A stretch of DNA of 64,000 bases from Octopus sinensis (GCF_006345805.1 NC_043010.1:19778001-19842000); one strand, 5' to 3'; positions 51,400 through 64,000 are shown, numbered from the stretch's first letter. Notes: generated from the letters alone by a model not told the origin. Numbers and translations: made by a program.

Positions 51400-52900
51400 A
51401 TTTTGGTTCTCTATGCAGAAACCCCAAGAAGAAAGCCTCCACCTTCATTGTCCACCTTGTGTCCAACTTCACATTCCATGTCATTTGTTAATCCCAACCA
51501 AATCTATTCCATTCAGTTCTATCAGGTTTCTCACCCAGCATACAAACACATCAAGTGTGGAAATACCTCCAGCTGCTTCAAACCAACAAGGCCACCACTC
51601 CTGACAATGTCCCTTGTATTACACTCAAATATTGCACCCCAGAATTTACTGCAATACTCACCAAACTCTTCAATCTTTTACTCTCTACAGGGATATACCT
51701 TGATATTTGGATGCATACCTCCATATGTCCCATTCCAAAAAAGGCCAAGCCCTCTGACCCAGCCAACCAGTGTCCTATTACTTTCACCTCTAACACATCT
51801 AAGGTAACAGAGACAGCCATTAACAAAGATGTTTACCATCACCTAGAATCTTTCTCTCCTCAGTGACCGCCAGCATGGCTTCAACAGTGCCAGAACTTTG
51901 GTCAAGTTACAATAGTGGGCTCTCACTTCAGAGAAGTTTGGTGAAAGCAATGTTGTTGCTCTAGACATCAGCAAAACTGTCAGGCCTGTCGAGCATGCAC
52001 ATTTTCTACCTGCCTATGAGCTCCAATGTCTCTTACCTTTTGGGTCAGTAAATTCCAATAAGATCACTCATAGTAAAAAATACTGACCAAGCTCTTTCTG
52101 TTCCATGACAAAACATGGCATTCTTCTTAAATATTCCCCAAACATGAATCATCTACACATAATGGAAACATCACACACTGAACCTGTGCAAATTCCCTGA
52201 ATGAGTCATCCTCCACTGAAGCCAAAAAACTCAAGCACTACTCACATGAAGGACTCATCAACGCACCCATCGAAACATGTGTGGCACCCAACTAAAGCCT
52301 TTACAGTCACTCCAAATGCTGGGCTTCACTATCACCAAGGATCTCTCAGCAAAAGTGCATCCATAGCATAGCTAGGACCACATCTTTCCAAGACCAGAAC
52401 ACAGTTCATCCCCAACTGCTGCTGACACTCTACAAGACATAAGTGATGCCCACACTAGAGTACTGTGCCCACATCAGGGGCAGTGCTGCTATACACACAC
52501 AGGCATCCTGGAATGTATTTAGAGAGGCCCACTGAACAGATTGGTATTTTATCACAAAACTACACAATCCAGCCTCCAGCACACAAGTGTACTGTCTCTT
52601 CTAATGCAAGTATAATGATCTCTGCTGCTTGTACTTGGCAGTACTCATTCCTCCATCACTCAGGTACCTACATTCCTGTCTCACTTGTCCTTCTACCTGT
52701 TGTCACCCTTAGCGCATCCCATAACTCAGCCTTACACTAACCATTATGCCCAATCCCTTCTCCCCAAAACATCGGCCCTCTGGAATCTTTTCCCTGTTCA
52801 TGTTTTTCCTGCAGGTGTTAAACAGAAACCGTTTATATGTAACACGAATGGCATCAAGCTCACAGGCTTTGAAGGACTTGTGATGGTCATGCACAATACC
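51400..52900 (+). mobile_element. Degraded CR1/Jockey-like LINE (RT and C-terminus)
   Basis: NKATTPDNVP...LTKLFNLLLSTG...ICPIPKK...PANQCPITFTS, later VVALDISK and KTSALWNLFPVHVFP; many frameshifts. Confidence 0.85.
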
Positions 52901-53738
52901 CCTCTCCCTCCTGGTTCAACAAGTAAAAAAAAAGAAACCTATCTTTGAGTTACTTCACATAGCTATTTTTAATTATGCAAATTACTCTTACAACAAAAAT
53001 AGAGATAACCACTTTCGATTTTTGTTTTCTATCTGCAAAACTATAATTACTTCTTCAATTATAGTGTACCAAGAGATGCTGCAGCCAACACAGGTCAGTT
53101 GTTTTGCCTCGTTAGTCCTGTAACTTCAATAAGTCTAATTACATCTGGATAGATTGATCCCCATTGAATTATGAGATCCAAGTCTTTTGTAAGGCTCTTT
53201 CAACATATGGCCCTTAAGCCCAGTTTCTGTGGCTCAAAAACTGGCCAAAGGGATATTTGGCCTTCTGTATGCATATCCAGGCAGAATGCATCTTCTTCAA
53301 TGTAAGATCTCAGTGTTCTTACAAGCAATGCTGTATTTGACTGTCAGATGACTAATGCCAGGAGAGGGGGGTAGAGAGAGGGGGGTAGAGAAAGAGAAGT
53401 AGAGAGAGGGGGTAGAGAATGTGCATGTGGGAGGATGAAAAACAGGAAAAGAATGAATATGACAACATAAGACAGAAGAGGAAAAGAGAGAGTAAAAAAC
53501 ACAGTGTGTGTGTGTGTGTGTGTGTATATCCTCATCATCATCATCGTTTAGCGTCCGCTTTCCATGCTAGCATGGGTTGGACGGTTCAACTAGGGTCTGG
53601 GAAGCCAGAAGGCTGCACCAGGCCCAGTCTGATCTGGCAATGTTTCTATGGCTAGTATCGAACAATGCCATGAAGAGAACACTCACCCTCAGACACTGCC
53701 ATTTCTTCCACTCCCAACATAAGAAGAGATCAACTTAC

Positions 53739-53873
53739 TGTTTGGAGGACACACATAGTCCTTTTTATTGGCCAGTTGACTTCTGGGCACACAGGAATCT
53801 TCTGACCAAAAACATGGTACTCCAGGTTGGCTTTGTTTGCATGCAGTTGCATTTGTGAATGCTGAGCAATTTC
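53739..53873 (-). CDS. ATRN: Attractin exon w9: PSI-like
   Basis: aattctag|GA AAT...AAC A|gtaagt; GNCSAFTNATACKQSQPGVPCFWSEDSCVPRSQLANKKDYVCPPN; phase 1/1. Confidence 0.88.
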
Positions 53874-54518
53874 CTAGAATTTAAGAAGGAAAATTAGATT
53901 AATTCAATTGACTGGAATGTGCAGACACACATTTATCTATGGGGAAACAGTGATTGCCTCTTTTCACTAACATCATGAGCCATCAACTGATTCTCATAAT
54001 ATTTTCAAACTGTACATCATGCTCTTTCATTTATTATGAAAAACATATACATGTTACTTTAATTTACACAGCAATTTGTAGACAATAACAATGTTTGTTA
54101 CACATTTCCAAGGAGCCTGGTTCACAGTATTTCTGATAGTGAGATTGTTTAACATGAGGCAATCAATTTCATCTGATAAGCAAGTTTTCTAACAAATTTC
54201 TATATGAACAGGCAAAAGACATAAATTCACACACATGGATATAAAAATAACGATGATGATAATATATGTATATATTCACCGTAAATACTCGAGTATAGTC
54301 CGCAGGGGATTAATCATTATGTTTTAATTATATTTTTATTATTATTATTTTTAATTTTATACACACACACACACATTCATTTATATTTATTTGTATATAT
54401 ATATATATTATATATATATATATACACACACCACACACATACACATATATATATATATATATATTATATATATACATATATATATACACACACCACACAT
54501 ATATATATATATATATAT

Positions 54519-54549
<31 letters not shown>

Positions 54550-54888
54550 CCACACACACACATATATCTATCATCATCATCATTTAATGTCCGTTGTCCA
54601 TGCTGGTGTGGATTGGACGGTTTGACTAGGCTGGCATGCTTGAAGGCTGCACCGGACTCGAGTTTGATTTGGCATGGTTTTCTAAAGCTGGATGCCCTTC
54701 CTAACGCCAACCATTCCAAGTGTGTAATGGGTGCTTTTACATGTCACCTGTACGGGTGCCATTTGCATGACACCAGTATCTGCCATGACAGTGATTTTGC
54801 TCAGCTTGATGGCTATACACACACACAGATATATATATATATATATATATATAAACAGATAAACAAATTGTGATTGATAGATTCTTAC

Positions 54889-54953
54889 CAGTGGTGTATT
54901 TTATGATATCACGTAGCATCCTCCCATTGAAACCATTGAAGATATACATCACA
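54889..54953 (-). CDS. ATRN: Attractin exon w8: last Kelch
   Basis: ctgctgcag|T GTG...ACT G|gtaaga; NVMYIFNGFNGRMLRDIIKYTT; phase 2/1. Confidence 0.9.
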
Positions 54954-55014
54954 CTGCAGCAGAGAGAGAGAAAAACAATATATCAACATATATTAATGGT
55001 GTCTCAGAACAGAC

Positions 55015-55560
55015 AGGAACAAGTAGTATGGTAGCAACATGAGGCATTATAGCTTTATAACAAACATGTAAGATGACAGTTCGCAGCAATGAGATATTGT
55101 AGGTTTATAGTGAAAATGTAGTACAGCAATTTTTACAGCAAATATGGCATGCCAAGTTTTCATAGCAACATGTATGTTTGGTACTGCTGTCTTCAGAGTA
55201 ACATGTGGTATAAGGTTTTAAATGCAACATGTAGCAAGATAGTTCCACAATAACATGGTATGACAACAATTATTTTCAACATGTAGTATTACATGTTCAC
55301 AGCAGCATGTACTATGAGTCATATTAACATGAACGATAACTAAATACACTAACTGGTATCACAGTACCACAGTGTCATGTATAACATGTAGAACGACTAT
55401 TTCATTGAAACAAGTGGTACAGAAGTTCTACAGCAACATGTGGGTGTGACAATTTTATGATCAAATATAGTACAGCAGATCAAAGAGCTACAATTACATG
55501 TTATTTAATCAACTGTTACCACACCAAACATGTATTTCCTTCTGCTACATGTCACTGGAA
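55015..55560. repeat. Highly diverged ~26-bp tandem repeat with AACATG core
   Basis: About 19 aacatg-like cores spaced about 25-28 nt across intron w7-w8. Confidence 0.6.
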
Positions 55561-55608
55561 ATTGCAATAACAAGAACTGGAGTAAAATATACCAAATTAG
55601 TGCCTTAC

Positions 55609-55693
55609 TTGTTGTGGGAAACAGCAGCATGGCCAAATCTGGACACATCTTTCTGTAGGTGAGGTTTCTCTAAGCAATACCAATGATCACATT
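55609..55693 (-). CDS. ATRN: Attractin exon w7: Kelch (absent from ORF track)
   Basis: tttttgcag|AA TGT...AAC AA|gtaagg; ECDHWYCLEKPHLQKDVSRFGHAAVSHN; phase 1/2. Confidence 0.92.
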
Positions 55694-56917
55694 CTGCAAA
55701 AAGAAAGAAGCTTTTAGTTTAACCTGGATGGTTTCGGTTTCTTTATTTAACTTTCATAAAACATGTTATAGAGGCACATGACTTGGTGGTTAAGGTGTTG
55801 GACTCGTGATCGTAAGATTGTGATTTCAAGTCCTGAACAAGGTGATGCATTGACCAATCCCTCACACATGTATGACAGTGTGTGTATACATATACAATTA
55901 TATATATATATATTTCGTTTTTGGATTTGGCACACACACACACACACACACACTGACCCACACACATGCGCAGAAACAAACAAAAGGGAATGCAGTGTAA
56001 ATAACGGACAGAGTCAAAACTATTGAAATGGTTGCAAAACGCAACGAAAATTTTAGGAAAATAAAAATAAGAAAAGCGTGGAAATTTTACTGGTGAGTGT
56101 GTTACATAATAAGGCACAAAAAGAAAATTACTCTCCCCAGACACAATAGTATATATATTTATATAGATATATATAAAATAAGAATGTATTATGTGTGTGC
56201 ATGTGTATGTATATGAAAAAGGAAATTTTGAATGTAGAAGAGTGAAGTGAAAAAGAGTCTGTAAGCAGATATCTACATGAGAGAGGGGGGGGAGAAGAAA
56301 AAGAGATGAGGGTAAACAGTGGAAATGTGTTGAAAGGAGAAAATAAATGGAAGAACAAGTGATGAAGAGAAGAAAAAAGGCTCTGTGTGTGTGTGTATAT
56401 TTATAATCATCATCATCATTTAACATCCATCTTTCATGCATGGGTAGGACAGTTGACAGGAGCTGACCAGGTAGAAAAACTACCCTTAGGCTACTGTGTC
56501 TGTTTTGGCAGAGATTTTACGGATGGATGTCCTTCCAAATGCCAACCACTCCACAGCCTTAATATACAACATAAATTTCATCAACCAATGTGGTGTTGTT
56601 CAATATTTACATCATCACCATTGTTTAACGTCCATTTTCCATGCTAGCATGGGTTGGACGGTTTGACTGAGGACTGGCAGGCCAGGAAGCTGCACCAGCC
56701 TCCAATCTGATCTGGCAAGGTTTCTACAGCTGGATGCCCTTCCTAACGCCAACCACTCTGAAAATGTTGTGGGTGCTTTTTACATGCCACCAGCACAGGG
56801 ACCAGTCAGGCAGCACTGGTATTGACCATGGTTGAATGGTGCCTATTATATGCCACCGGCACAAGAGCCAGTCAGTTGGCACTATATGTGTGTGTGTGTG
56901 TGTATGTATGTATATTG

Positions 56918-56979
<62 letters not shown>

Positions 56980-57068
56980 ATTATATGTATGCATGTTATA
57001 CACACACACACATATATATTACATACACAAATAGATAAATAAGAAGAGAGAGAGGCAAAAAAACTTAC

Positions 57069-57226
57069 CAACATCATAGGCCATAAAGTCTAAAGAATAG
57101 CACTTGGCACCGGAATTCACAGAAGCCTCATTGTGGGTGTTGCCGCCAAATGTCAGCATGAAACCTTCAGTTGTAAGAATGGCCGAGTGAAGGAAGCGGG
57201 GTGAATCACTGCTCCGTAACACTTGC
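57069..57226 (-). CDS. ATRN: Attractin exon w6: Kelch
   Basis: tgtgtag|G CAA...GTT G|gtaagt; QVLRSSDSPRFLHSAILTTEGFMLTFGGNTHNEASVNSGAKCYSLDFMAYDV; phase 2/1. Confidence 0.93.
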
Positions 57227-58901
57227 CTACACATGCAAAAAAAAAAGAAAGCAATAAACAAAACCATCATTATCTTTGCAAGAGATTATATAGTAAGGAC
57301 TTATCATAATAGGGGTCAATTCAATCAACCCCCACCCACCCACAACATATTTACAGCTGAGTCAAATCTAGTAATTGTTTTAGCCATCACAACCAACGCC
57401 CAATCTGGAATACTCCTTTCACTCTTACAAGTGTGATGGATCAAAAGAATCAGTAGAACCGGTAGAGCAACAGAGGAACTGATTTGTCATATTTAGTTGT
57501 GTCGCTGTATGTACTGAGTTCAAACCCTAATGAAGTCAACACTGCCTTTTGTTCTTCCAAAAAATAAATAAAAAAAACATAGCATATAAGTCCTGGAATC
57601 AGCACAATCGGTAGTTCCTTCATCTCAAATGTGAGGCTTTGTGCCAAAGTTGGCAATTGTTATTCATCATCATGTAACGTCCGCTTTCCATGTTGGCATG
57701 AGTTGGATGGTCTGGCTGAAAACTGGTAAACCAGGGGCAGCACCTGCTTTAACAAGGTTTCTATGGCTGGATGCCCTTCCTGATACCAACCACTCCGAGA
57801 GTGTAGTGGATGTGTTCTACATGCCACCGGCATTGGTGCCAATGACCAGACACTTGGTTGACAGGTCTACACAAGTACAGTATGTCACCAAAGCTTTCGG
57901 CCATCTGTCACTGCATCCATGAGGTCCAATGCTCGAATAGTGCTTTTTATGTACTACCAGCATGGATGCCAGTCGGACAGCATTGGCACTGGCCATAACT
58001 ACGATTTCACTTGGCTCAAGAAGCCTTCACAAGCAAAGCATATCACCCAATGGTAAAATGATGCTTTCAAGGGGCCAGTTATGCGACACTGTCATCAGCC
58101 ACAACTACAGTCTCACTTGGCTTAAGACATCAGACAAAATGCTTAACAATATTTCTTCTGGTCTTTTGTGTTCTGAGTTTAAATCCAGCCAAGGTCAACT
58201 TTATCTTTATGGTGCCGTAGACCAAGAACTGGGTTTGATATATTTGACTGAAAACACTGAAAGAGTGTGCCTCAGCAGAGCCAATGAGCCCAAACAGTGA
58301 AAACAATAAATAAATGAAAGAATTACAGGTATATAACATTGAAAGGGAGTCAAAGTATTTCATAATAAACATGTATTAAACTTTACTTGTGAAGACCTGT
58401 TGGAGCAAGTGAAATCAAAATCAAAACCGCTGATGTTGCCGATGACAGTAACACCTGAGTGGCACTTGTGCCAGTGGAACATTAAAAGCACCATCCGAGC
58501 ATGATCGTTGCCAGGGCCACTGATTGGTTCCCGTGCTGGTAGCACATAAAAAGCACCATTCAAGCGTGGTTGTTGCCAGTGCCACAGGACTGGCTGTCGT
58601 GCGGGTAGCACGTAAAAAACACCTTTTGAGCGTGATTGTTGCCAGAATCACGTGACTGGCTCTCATGTTGGTGGCACTTAAAAGCACCCACTACACTCTT
58701 GGAATGGTTGTCATTAGGAAGGGCATCCAGCTGTAGAAACATTGCCAGATCAGATTGGAGCCTGGTGCAGCCTTCTGGCTCACCAGTCCTCAGTCAAACC
58801 GTCCAACCCATATGTAAAACATAGAAAATGCTTATAGATAAGTATACATGTGTATATATATGAATGCATGTGAATGAATATATGCAAGGAGGTATACATA
58901 C

Positions 58902-59085
58902 CAATATCGTATTTTGGGGTTATATGAATAAAGTTTATCTGTGATGTGATTAGTCGCCGAACTAACAGAATGGTAGCCGCCGTAGACGTAGATCAACTGC
59001 CTATTCTTATCATAAACACTCGAGTGCCAACAAGTATTCTTCACTATTGCTCCAGACGTTTCTGGTATAAACCAGCTTTTGTTGC
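58902..59085 (-). CDS. ATRN: Attractin exon w5: Kelch
   Basis: ctttgcag|GC AAC...TAT TG|gtatgt; GNKSWFIPETSGAIVKNTCWHSSVYDKNRQLIYVYGGYHSVSSATNHITDKLYSYNPKIRYW; phase 1/2. Confidence 0.92.
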
Positions 59086-59276
59086 CTGCAAAGTACAGAG
59101 AAACAATTATTTAGAAAAGGGAAAAGGTCAATGAATAAACAACACAACACACCCATGACCCATAGATTTGTAAGAGTGGGATTGTGCGTGAGTGTATATA
59201 ATCAAGAGAAAGGAAGAAAAAAAAAGAAATTTACAAACAACAAGAAAGTGAGATGGAAAAGCTGAAAGAAACTGAC

Positions 59277-59505
59277 CAAAGTAGAATTCCTGAATGCAAT
59301 GTAGATAGCCATAAATGGGACTGTGACCGAAGAAAACATGCATCACATCATCAACAACATGAGCCGTGTGGCCAGACACGGCGAGCTGGTAGCTCTCCCA
59401 TGTTGAATTTTTCAGTAGCGTCCAAACTTCCTGACCCAGGTCAAACATCCAAAATTCATTGGAGATGTTGTTGCCAACCACACCTCCATACATGTACAGC
59501 TGGTT
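59277..59505 (-). CDS. ATRN: Attractin exon w4: Kelch
   Basis: cttccag|AAC...TTT G|gtcagt; NQLYMYGGVVGNNISNEFWMFDLGQEVW...AVSGHTAHVVDDVMHVFFGHSPIYGYLHCIQEFYF; phase 0/1. Confidence 0.93.
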
Positions 59506-60379
59506 CTGGAAGATTGAGGAAAGCATCAATAATGACAGACAGACAGATGTGTGTAAGTGTGCATGAGCGTAAGAATATGCATGTGTTTGAGTAAATATAC
59601 ACGTGTAGAAGTGTAAACATGAATGAGCATGTGCATGCTTGAATGTGCATATACAATGACAATATCACTAAAGTTAAGAACAACCAGCCTGACATTGTTA
59701 TATAGAATTACAAAATAAGATCCAGCTCTGTGGTTACTCAATGATACAGAAGTCATTTAACCCAACTGATTTCTCTGTCATAATTTCTTTGTTATTTATG
59801 ACTTAGAAAAGGAAGTTAGAATCAACAAACGTTTTGCAGGGCATCTAAAACTGGTGCAAAGAAGAGAACCTAGTTCAAGTGCTTGCAAAGTTTAGATGAT
59901 GGTGCTAACTCTAACAACAGATAAGTCTAGCACCCAACAATAGGAATATCCAATGAGCTTACGCACAATTTTCATCTAGCCAGGTTTAACCCACAAGGTT
60001 TTCATTGAACAGAGGCTGTAGTAGAAAACACTTGCTCAAGGAGTTATGCAATGGGATCACACTCAGAACCACAGGGCTATGAATGTGCCCTGGAGAGTTG
60101 GGTCCTTGAGAAGATGTGCAAGAGATTGTTTTGTGGTGCAGTGTATAAAAAAAATAAAACTTGAAATCTGGAAAAAATTCTGATTCCAGAGTTGTGTTAC
60201 AGGAAAATATTAAATTCAGATTGGACATAATAAATCTGGTGATTAGAGTTGAAATATTCTGCCAGGGATCATAACAGAAGACACCAACTGAAGATGCTCC
60301 AAACCTGAAACCACAGTCACAAAGTAAAATTCTTGACCAAGCAGCCAAAATTACACCTATGTATGTGTGTGTGAGAGAG

Positions 60380-60418
<39 letters not shown>

Positions 60419-60490
60419 AGGATGTATGTAAGTGGGTGTATAGCTGTACTTGTATAGAAATTAAAGCCATCAGAGTAAAACTGAACTTAC

Positions 60491-60602
60491 CTCATGAAGT
60501 ACAAGCGAGTGTCCATGACGTGAATTGGGAGTGGGATTTCTTGAGTCAGGAGTGCTTGGAGGTGGATAAAACATTGTCCATTTTTCCTCTGTTAAATTGA
60601 AG
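60491..60602 (-). CDS. ATRN: Attractin exon w3: Kelch
   Basis: tacttcag|C TTC...GAG|gtaagt; VFNLTEEKWTMFYPPPSTPDSRNPTPNSRHGHSLVLHE; phase 2/0. Confidence 0.9.
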
Positions 60603-60924
60603 CTGAAGTAAAAATTTGAGACAAAAAAATAATTCTCTCAGAATATCTTAATCAATATATAATATAAAAATAATGATGCCCTGCTTCTTATTCATGTGTA
60701 TACATTACATACATGAGGGTTAGATGACACCTTGCGCTTGCCATCATTACTCAAACATCTGCTTTTCCCTGCATGCTTGCTTTGGACAGAGTTTATTGAG
60801 GCAGATTCCCTACAGTCGGACGCCCTTCCTGTCACTGACCCTTACCTGGTTTCCAAGCAAAGTAAGATTTCAAAGGTCAAACATGTTTTCACAGAATATT
60901 GAAAAAAAAATGTTTGTTTTGTTA

Positions 60925-61298
60925 TTTGGCTGTGTGGTAAGAAGCTTGTTACCCAACCATGTGGTTTCGAGTTCAGTCCCACTGCATGCACCTTGTGCAA
61001 GTGTCTTCTACTATAGCCTCCGGCCAACGAAAGCCTTGTGAGTGGATTTGATAGATGGAAACTGAAAGAAACCCGTTGTGTGTGTGTGTTTATGTGTCTG
61101 TTTGTCTCTCCCACCATTGCTTGACAACTGATGTTGGTGCGCTTATGCCCCCGTAACTTAGAGGTTCAGCAAAAGAGACTGATAGAATAAGTACTAGGCT
61201 TACAAAGAATAAGTCCTGGGGTCAGTTTCTTTGACTAAAAGCAGTGCTCCAGCATGGCCACAGTCATATGACTGAAACAAGTGAAAGAATAAGAGAGT
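60925..61298 (+). mobile_element. SINE family A copy
   Basis: Family A head and tail. Confidence 0.85.
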
Positions 61299-61798
61299 AA
61301 GGCAACCACTTTACAGAGTGTCCTCTGCATGCTTTTCATGTGGCACCAGCAAAGAGAGAGAGGTGCAGTGTAGTAGGGGCCTCTTTTTTCCTTTTTACTG
61401 GTACCATGTAAAAACCATGCAGTACATTCTGTGAAGTGGTTGGCACTAGGATGGGCATTTACGTAGAAACCACGTAACGGCAGACAATAGAGCCTGGTGC
61501 AGCTCTCCAGCCTTGCCAGCCCCTGCCAAATTGTCCAACCCATACCTGCATGGAAAACAGATGTTAAATAGTGATGAGGAGGAATTAAAGAAAGTCTGAA
61601 AAGAAGTCGGCAGGAACATAACACAAGCAAATTCCAAACATCCAGTCTTCAGTGATGATAATAAAATAATTTATTTTAAATAGTTATAAAATTTCTTTCT
61701 GGAAGAACTTGGTGTGAATTTCTGTGCAAAAGTGCAGACTCAACTCATCTGGTCGAAGATAAAGAAACACTTCACTGGTATTATGTGGTACATGGAAA

Positions 61799-62005
61799 AA
61801 GGCAGCAAACTGGCAGAATCATTACCATGCTGGGCGAAATGCTTAGTGGTATTTCACACATCACTACGTTCTGAGTTCAATTTCTGCCGAGGTCAACTTT
61901 ACCTTTCGGGGTCAATAAATTAAGTACCAGTGAAACACTGGGGTTGATGTAATCGACTAGTCCCCCTCCCCCCAAATTTCAGGCATTGTGCCAATAGTAG
62001 AAAGG
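61799..62005 (+). mobile_element. SINE family B copy with apparent target-site duplication
   Basis: attatgtggtacatgga (61780) and attatgtggtatatga (62006) flank the element. Confidence 0.8.
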
Positions 62006-62117
62006 ATTATGTGGTATATGAAAGGATTATCCCGTCATTGTTGTATTTCTACAGTTTGTGTGTCTAGAATTGGGGATGATGCGGGTTCAATGGTGTCTAA
62101 ATGTTTAAATTACTTAC

Positions 62118-62277
62118 ACAGACATCAGCATGGTATCTTCTTCAAAACTGTATCCTCCAACAACCCACACTGTATCATTGACCTTAGCCACTTGATGAGA
62201 TGCTCGGCCACTTATTTGCTTTTCTGGTGGTAATCGTGTCCACAGATCATTGCCATCTTTCCGACTACAATCATTAC
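62118..62277 (-). CDS. ATRN: Attractin exon w2: EGF end, Kelch 1
   Basis: attttcag|GT AAT...TCT GT|gtaagt; GNDCSRKDGNDLWTRLPPEKQISGRASHQVAKVNDTVWVVGGYSFEEDTMLMS; phase 1/2. Confidence 0.92.
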
Positions 62278-62668
62278 CTGAAAATAACGACAAAAAATCT
62301 TGAGAATATCGAACAAAGACAGTGGACAGAACTGTGATGTGTTTGGATGGCACGTGACGGTCAGCTTAGTACAAGTGACAGTAAGAGGACAGCAGAAGTA
62401 GAATCAACCACAAGACAAGATATAAGATAAGACACAGGATTATAAGGAAACCCAGAAAGAAAATGAAAGACACAACAAGATGAAGATACAAGATAATGAT
62501 GAAAGACGACAAGAGAGATGACATAGAAATACAAGAAGATGTTAAACACAAGAAGACAACCAAAGACATATGGAATGGAAGCCATGGATAGAAAAATAAG
62601 AGGACAAAGAGTGAACAACAAAAAAAAACACACAACCATGATAATGATGTCTAAAATGTTTTCCTCAC

Positions 62669-62841
62669 CAATATATCCTGTATCACATTCACACTGATTG
62701 TTCCAGCAATTTCCGTGGTTGGAGCAATTATTTGGACAGAGTTCAATCTCACAGCCATCGCCCACATAACCCTTCTGACACCGGCACACATAATTTTCAC
62801 AAAGACCATGACCTGAACACTTTAATGGACAGCCACCAACT
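62669..62841 (-). CDS. ATRN: Attractin exon w1: two EGF-like repeats
   Basis: ttttcag|A GTT...ATT G|gtgagg; VGGCPLKCSGHGLCENYVCRCQKGYVGDGCEIELCPNNCSNHGNCWNNQCECDTGYI; phase 2/1. Confidence 0.92.
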
Positions 62842-62944
62842 CTGAAAACAAAGAGAAACTGGAGTTTAAACAAGATTAAGTGATATTCATACCTCTTTTA
62901 ATAAGTTGGTATGATACAAAGTGATAGCCTACCTTGACCTTAAC

Positions 62945-63523
62945 TATTAAATCAAACCATAAATAATGCGCTTTTTTATACTTCTTATATTTTTCAAAAT
63001 TAAGATAAAGTTTTTTCAATCTAAAATATACTCTCCTTCTTTTTCTACAATGCTCTTCCATCTATCTGGTAGACTTGCAAGGCCCCTCTTTACTTGTCTG
63101 TGACAAAAAATACTCCTCCAGTGCTGTTCTGACCTCATCTACAGAATTCACATTTTTTCCATCGAAATGATTTTGAAGACTGCAGAATAAATGATAATCA
63201 GATGGGGTATTGTCCAGTAAATATAGTGGGTGGGGCATCATTTCCTATTCAAACTGCTCCAACCTTTGGAATGTCATCCTCGCTGTGTGTGGTCGACCAA
63301 AGCAAAATATGCCGAATATGCTCCTTTGTCACTTCCATTATTACTTTGAAAAATAACTGTTAAAATCAAACTGCACTCTTCAAAACTTACACTAAGAATA
63401 AATACAAGGTAAAATTACTACCTGCTTTTATAACAAGTTGATGCAGGTCGTTTATCCTGTCTCCCTCCAACTTTTAGTTCATGCAATTGAAAAAAACCAC
63501 ATTATTTATGGTATGACCCAATA
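62945..63523 (-). mobile_element. Internally deleted mariner element with both TIRs
   Basis: TIRs TATTAAATCAAACCATAAATAATGCGCTTTTTT and TATTGGGTCATACCATAAATAATGTGGTTTTTT; RPHTARMT...PHPLY...TPSDYHLFCSLQNHFDGK...LPDRWKSIVE. Confidence 0.9.
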
Positions 63524-64000
63524 TAATACTATTTCTAACATAGGTACAAGGCCTCAGATTAGGTAGATTCTGTCCTGGCACCAGGTAAAAAGCACTCATA
63601 CTAGTACCACATAAAAAACACCCACACTGTTGCTGGTGTCACATCAAAATCACCAGTACTGGTGCCACGTAAAAGGCACCTGTACTGGTGCCACACAAAG
63701 TACTGAGTAAACTCTGTAAAGTGGTTGGCATAAGGAAGGGCATCCAGCCATAGAAACCAAGTCTAAACAGATGAAAGGAGCCTGGTGTAGCCATCAGGCT
63801 TGACAGCTCCTGTCAAACTGTTCAATGCATGCCAGCATGGAAAACGGATTTTAAATGAGGATGATGATGATGATACAGTTTGAGTAGAATATTTGACTGC
63901 TACATTATTTAATCAACCCCAGGACATAAGCAAGTTTGTCGACTGACCCCAGAGGACACTAAATGTTCACAGAACTGACAACACCACCACCATCACATTA

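Larger units (their letters stand above)
12517..62841 (-). other. ATRN: Attractin-like gene, partial span (21 internal coding exons in window; 5' CUB exons and main TM/cytoplasmic exons not found)
   Basis: Manual splicing gives one continuous frame with every intron GT-AG and every phase matching. Motifs match recalled human attractin, e.g. GGNTHN..S...GAKC.S.DFMAYD, CGWC.D.SNTG.G.C.EG, DYQFTF.LS, DLV.FFVTFFS. Confidence 0.93.

Noticed and set aside
12517-62841. MEGF8 instead of attractin
   Set aside because: Single Kelch set followed by PSI, two laminin-EGF and DYQFTF/DLV.FFVTFFS motifs fit attractin; no second CUB/Kelch block.

Overview
AT-rich, repeat-dense animal genomic DNA. The SINE/LINE families and microsatellite load look like octopus (coleoid cephalopod); this is recalled pattern recognition, not a database result. 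The window holds the middle of one minus-strand gene, an attractin (ATRN/ATRNL1-type, invertebrate 'Distracted'-like). I traced 21 consecutive GT-AG exons from 62841 down to 12517 (2604 nt, about 868 codons). They splice phase-consistently into one open frame: EGF-EGF, Kelch repeats, PSI repeats, laminin-EGF, juxtamembrane region, with no C-type lectin domain. The N-terminal CUB exons and the main TM/cytoplasmic exons were not found and probably lie outside the window. Introns are filled with tRNA-derived SINEs, RTE, CR1/Jockey-like and RLE-type LINE relics, mariner and piggyBac-like DNA elements, fold-back palindromes, a 29-unit compound minisatellite and a ~5.1 kb TA-based satellite. The most novel signal is a tRNA-headed SINE whose tail carries a minimal type I hammerhead ribozyme, present as an inverted dimer at 1884-2356. 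Most ORFs in the supplied track are microsatellite or TE artefacts.
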